Position numbers and translations under genes: made by a program. The notes below the pieces were generated by a model. That model was not told the DNA's origin. It saw nothing but the letters and a program-made list of their open reading frames with translations, and made no database searches. Of a stretch of 28,839 nt of DNA, positions 26,135 through 28,839 are shown piece by piece (positions within the stretch are counted from its first letter, which is position 1; each line of letters opens with the position of its first letter). This stretch comes from a virus (lineage: Duplodnaviria > Caudoviricetes): IMG/VR virus record IMGVR_UViG_3300013004_000142, positions 1 to 28,839 of that record; one strand, 5' to 3'.

Positions 26135-27549
26135 TATTCGTCTGCCTCAGGTCTAAGAGCCTTGCTGAGGCCCTGTTTTTGTTTGACTGTGTGTCCATCA
26201 ATTGTGCTCACAGTGGGATTGTTAATGAACGTGGCCTTCTGTGTTTGTCTCACATCTTTGCCTGCAAATGTGCCTGTGGCCACATCACTGGCTCCGAGAT
26301 TGCTCATAGTCATACGCACATTGTCTTCAAATTTAGTCCAACGCCTGCCATCGAATCTAAACAGTCTATTAGGTAGATAGTCAGTTCTAAGAGCAAACTG
26401 CCCCACAGTGGGATTGATAGGGAATGCTATACCTGCAGCTAAATTCACCGCAGTGAATGGAGCACCATTAGGTGGAACACCGTCTTTGGTTAGATAACCT
26501 TCATAGCCATCGCCGTCCGCTGATAATATCACACTACTGGCAGTCTGTCCCACATATATAGGATTGCCGTCCGTATCAAGCAACGGTGTGCCATTTATGT
26601 CAGTGGCCTGCGTCTCAGTATCCACAGTGACCTGTGTAGCATCTACGCTGGCCAATTCGGCTGTTCCGTCGTCGGTCCTTTGTAAAGTATAATACTTGCT
26701 GGTGTCATAACCGCTGCGTGGTGCATCAGCTTCTGCTTGATTCAATACCGCAGCAGTGATTTGCATTTCTTTTTCGTAGGTAGAAACAACATCGCGTAAG
26801 GTATCTGCCAAGGCATAATAGGTTTGCCAATATTGATCAACTCCAGGAACCACTCCAGTAACTTCTTGAAGAACCTGATATTTCTTACCGTCGGCTGCTA
26901 GGACTACATCACCTGGATAGTATGTGATATCGGAATTATAACTACCTTGATAAGAGTCACTGTCGGCGATGCCGTCTAAAATCTGTTTGAATTCTTGGCT
27001 GTCAACCAGAGGTTTACACTTGGCACGATACAGATGTGGATACCATGTGGCAGAAAATCCCTCTGCAGCTCTGGTAACTTCTTCTATCACAAAGAAACGT
27101 TTCAGGGCAAATGTTAGATCATTGAGAGCATATTCGTCTTTGAGGTGCGGCAGTTCTATGACATCACCAGCTATGATTTTTCTACCCAATTTTTCTACAG
27201 TGTCTGTGATGTGAAAAGTAATAAAGATCGTGTCATTCTGTAGAAATAATCCAAACTGGCTGAGGTTAAAATCTATATCAGAGATGTTGTAGACACCTCG
27301 CATCACATAAACATCGGGATCATACTTGCGATCACGATTTTCTAAAAACAACAGATCCTGTATGTTTGCTACATTATCAGTGGCATAGCCGGGAGTGCTA
27401 GGCGTATCACCTTGTATTGCAGCACCGGTACCTATATATCTGTGCACCAGCACATCTGTGCCGCCAACTTGAAACATTTCCCAAGCATTGCGATCTATAA
27501 ATTTGAAATCATTGCCCTTTTCGGGCCTGTAAAGAGAGAGTCTCGGCAT
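26134..27549 (-). CDS. Neck / head-closure protein, T4 gp14-like, enlarged
   Basis: Likely start MPRLSLYRP (27549; alternative 27555). GGTDVLVH, DLLFLENRDRKY, LSQFGLFLQNDTIFITFH, GDVIELP pattern; lies between gp13-like and gp15-like genes. Confidence 0.65.
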   Translation of the reverse strand: MPRLSLYRPEKGNDFKFIDRNAWEMFQVGGTDVLVHRYIGTGAAIQGDTPSTPGYATDNVANIQDLLFLENRDRKYDPDVYVMRGVYNISDIDFNLSQFGLFLQNDTIFITFHITDTVEKLGRKIIAGDVIELPHLKDEYALNDLTFALKRFFVIEEVTRAAEGFSATWYPHLYRAKCKPLVDSQEFKQILDGIADSDSYQGSYNSDITYYPGDVVLAADGKKYQVLQEVTGVVPGVDQYWQTYYALADTLRDVVSTYEKEMQITAAVLNQAEADAPRSGYDTSKYYTLQRTDDGTAELASVDATQVTVDTETQATDINGTPLLDTDGNPIYVGQTASSVILSADGDGYEGYLTKDGVPPNGAPFTAVNLAAGIAFPINPTVGQFALRTDYLPNRLFRFDGRRWTKFEDNVRMTMSNLGASDVATGTFAGKDVRQTQKATFINNPTVSTIDGHTVKQKQGLSKALRPEADE

Positions 27550-27556
27550 AGTCATA

Positions 27557-27577
27557 TATTTACCGCTGTAATAAATA
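27557..27577. promoter_or_regulatory. Back-to-back late promoters: GTAAATA (- strand, 27563-27557) and ATAAATA (+ strand, 27571-27577)
   Basis: A 33-bp intergenic region holds both motifs, 7 nt and 5 nt from the divergent ATGs at 27549 and 27583. Confidence 0.65.
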
Positions 27578-27582
27578 CTAGC

Positions 27583-28341
27583 ATGAGCACATCAGATCAA
27601 GCCAAAAACTCCGTATACGACTTCTGCAAAGCCATGCTAGGCAACGGCATGGTAGATGTAGAACTAGATCCCATCCACTACGAAACAGCACTTAATCGTT
27701 CTCTGGCAGTTTTCCGTCAGCGCAGCGACAACGCTGTTGAAGAATCTTACGTGTTTTTGACGCTAACTGAAAGCACAAACGAGTATATCTTGCCCAAAGA
27801 AATACAGCAGGTCAGAGAGATATTTCGTAGATCGGTAGGGTCAAGAACTGGCAACGGCACAGGTGGCACTGTATTTGAACCATTTAACTTGGCATATGCC
27901 AACACATATTTGTTAAGCAGCACAAACATGGGCGGACTGCTAACCTATGAATTGTTTGCACAATATCAAGAACTAGTAGGCAAGATGTTTGGCTCATTTA
28001 TTAACTTCACATGGCATCCACAATCGCACAAATTGATCATACACCAACGTCCTCGCGGTGAAGAATCAGTGATGCTACAGGTCTACAACAGTCGTCCCGA
28101 CTTTGTGATCATTGATGATGTGTATTCTGGACAATGGATCAAAGACTATACACTGGCCAACTGCAAGATGATGCTAGGGCAAGCTCGCAGTAAGTTTGGC
28201 CAGATCGCAGGACCACAAGGCGGCACACAACTCAACGGTACCGCACTGATCACTGAAGCCCAAACTGAGATGGAAAAGCTTACTGACGATCTCATGAAAT
28301 TGGTGCCCGGAGGCTCAGGGTATACTTGGATAACCGGTTGA
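27583..28341 (+). CDS. Neck / head-tail adaptor protein, T4 gp13-like
   Basis: Start reassigned to MSTSDQAK (27583). LG..MVDVELD, WIKDYTLANCKMMLGQARSKF...GPQGGTQLNG..L..EA resemble the gp13 termini. Confidence 0.8.
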   Translation: MSTSDQAKNSVYDFCKAMLGNGMVDVELDPIHYETALNRSLAVFRQRSDNAVEESYVFLTLTESTNEYILPKEIQQVREIFRRSVGSRTGNGTGGTVFEPFNLAYANTYLLSSTNMGGLLTYELFAQYQELVGKMFGSFINFTWHPQSHKLIIHQRPRGEESVMLQVYNSRPDFVIIDDVYSGQWIKDYTLANCKMMLGQARSKFGQIAGPQGGTQLNGTALITEAQTEMEKLTDDLMKLVPGGSGYTWITG

Positions 28342-28367
28342 CAACATAATCCCATACATGTTATACT
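28338..28367 (+). promoter_or_regulatory. Sigma70-type (early/middle) promoter
   Basis: TTGACA (28338-28343), 18 nt spacer, TATACT (28362-28367) with TGn extended -10; GGAG RBS at 28378-28381. Confidence 0.7.
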
Positions 28368-28387
28368 GTTCTTAATTGGAGAACATT

Positions 28388-28839
28388 ATGATCATAGGGG
28401 TATGCGGTTTTATAGGCTCAGGCAAAGACACTGTAGCAGACTATCTAGTTAACTTTCACGAATTTCGCAGAGAAAGTTTTGCTTCAACACTCAAAGATGC
28501 AGTAGCAAATGTGTTTGGCTGGGATCGAACCATGCTTGAAGGACGCACTGCACAGGCTCGCGAGTGGCGAGAACAAGTGGATCCTTGGTGGGCAAAACGC
28601 TTAGACATGCCTACATTGACTCCACGCTGGGTTCTACAGTATTGGGGCACAGAAGTCTGCAGAAAATCGTTCCATGATGATATCTGGATTGCCAGCTTAG
28701 AAAACAAACTGCGTAATTCACAGGATCATGTGGTAATTTCAGACTGTCGTTTTCCTAATGAAATTGCTAGTATTCGAAATGTAGGCGGCAAGATTATTTG
28801 GGTACAGCGAGGCGAGTTGCCCGACTGGTACCAAGTAGC
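28388..28839 (+). CDS. Deoxynucleoside monophosphate kinase (T4 gp1-like); 3'-truncated, absent from ORF track
   Basis: Hand translation: MIIGVCGFIGSGKDTVADYL...SFASTLKDAV..FGW...TPRWVLQYWGTEVCR...DDIW...VVISDCRFPNE; P-loop plus dNMP kinase motifs. Confidence 0.9.
   Translation, partial: MIIGVCGFIGSGKDTVADYLVNFHEFRRESFASTLKDAVANVFGWDRTMLEGRTAQAREWREQVDPWWAKRLDMPTLTPRWVLQYWGTEVCRKSFHDDIWIASLENKLRNSQDHVVISDCRFPNEIASIRNVGGKIIWVQRGELPDWYQV

Noticed and set aside
27412-27582. N-terminal extension of the gp13-like ORF in the ORF track (similarly at 4924, 13238, 17461, 24587)
   Set aside because: The extensions overlap neighbouring genes or promoters; downstream ATGs fit paralog alignment, RBS or promoter spacing better.
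28456-28707. 83 aa minus-strand ORF at the right end
   Set aside because: Antisense to the clearly recognisable dNMP kinase starting at 28388.
1-28839. Stop-codon reassignment as seen in some jumbo phages
   Set aside because: Genes are full length and tightly packed under the standard code, with TAA, TGA and TAG all used as stops.
1-28839. CRISPR array, tRNA, rRNA, integrase or transposase
   Set aside because: No regularly spaced repeats, intergenic gaps are too short, and no such motifs were seen by eye.

Overview
A 28.8 kb segment of a large T4-like (myovirus/jumbo-type) phage genome, standard genetic code, densely coding. From left to right: (1) a tail/virion module with a 5'-truncated >1300 aa Asp-box protein, two small structural proteins, three tandem paralogous Cys/Gly-rich (~10% Cys) fibre-like proteins and a tail-fibre assembly chaperone, closed by a terminator. 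(2) A ~13.7 kb more AT-rich enzyme island starting after a TATAAATA late promoter. It encodes a GT9/heptosyltransferase-like enzyme, a NodU/CmcH carbamoyltransferase, three SGNH-like proteins, six 2OG-Fe(II)-type oxygenases, a flavin-dependent halogenase, and an almost complete ADP-L-glycero-D-manno-heptose pathway (GmhB, split HldE domains, HldD). A lyxose/mannose-isomerase-like cupin is present but GmhA is not. (3) More virion genes: a 650 aa fibre-like protein with a cupredoxin-like tip, gp15-, gp14- and gp13-like neck/tail-completion genes, and a 3'-truncated dNMP kinase missed by the ORF track. The leading hypothesis is a phage-encoded heptosylation/carbamoylation/oxidation/halogenation system that decorates the adjacent Cys-rich virion proteins; host-surface or DNA modification are alternatives. 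All family calls come from motif recognition by eye, with no database searches.
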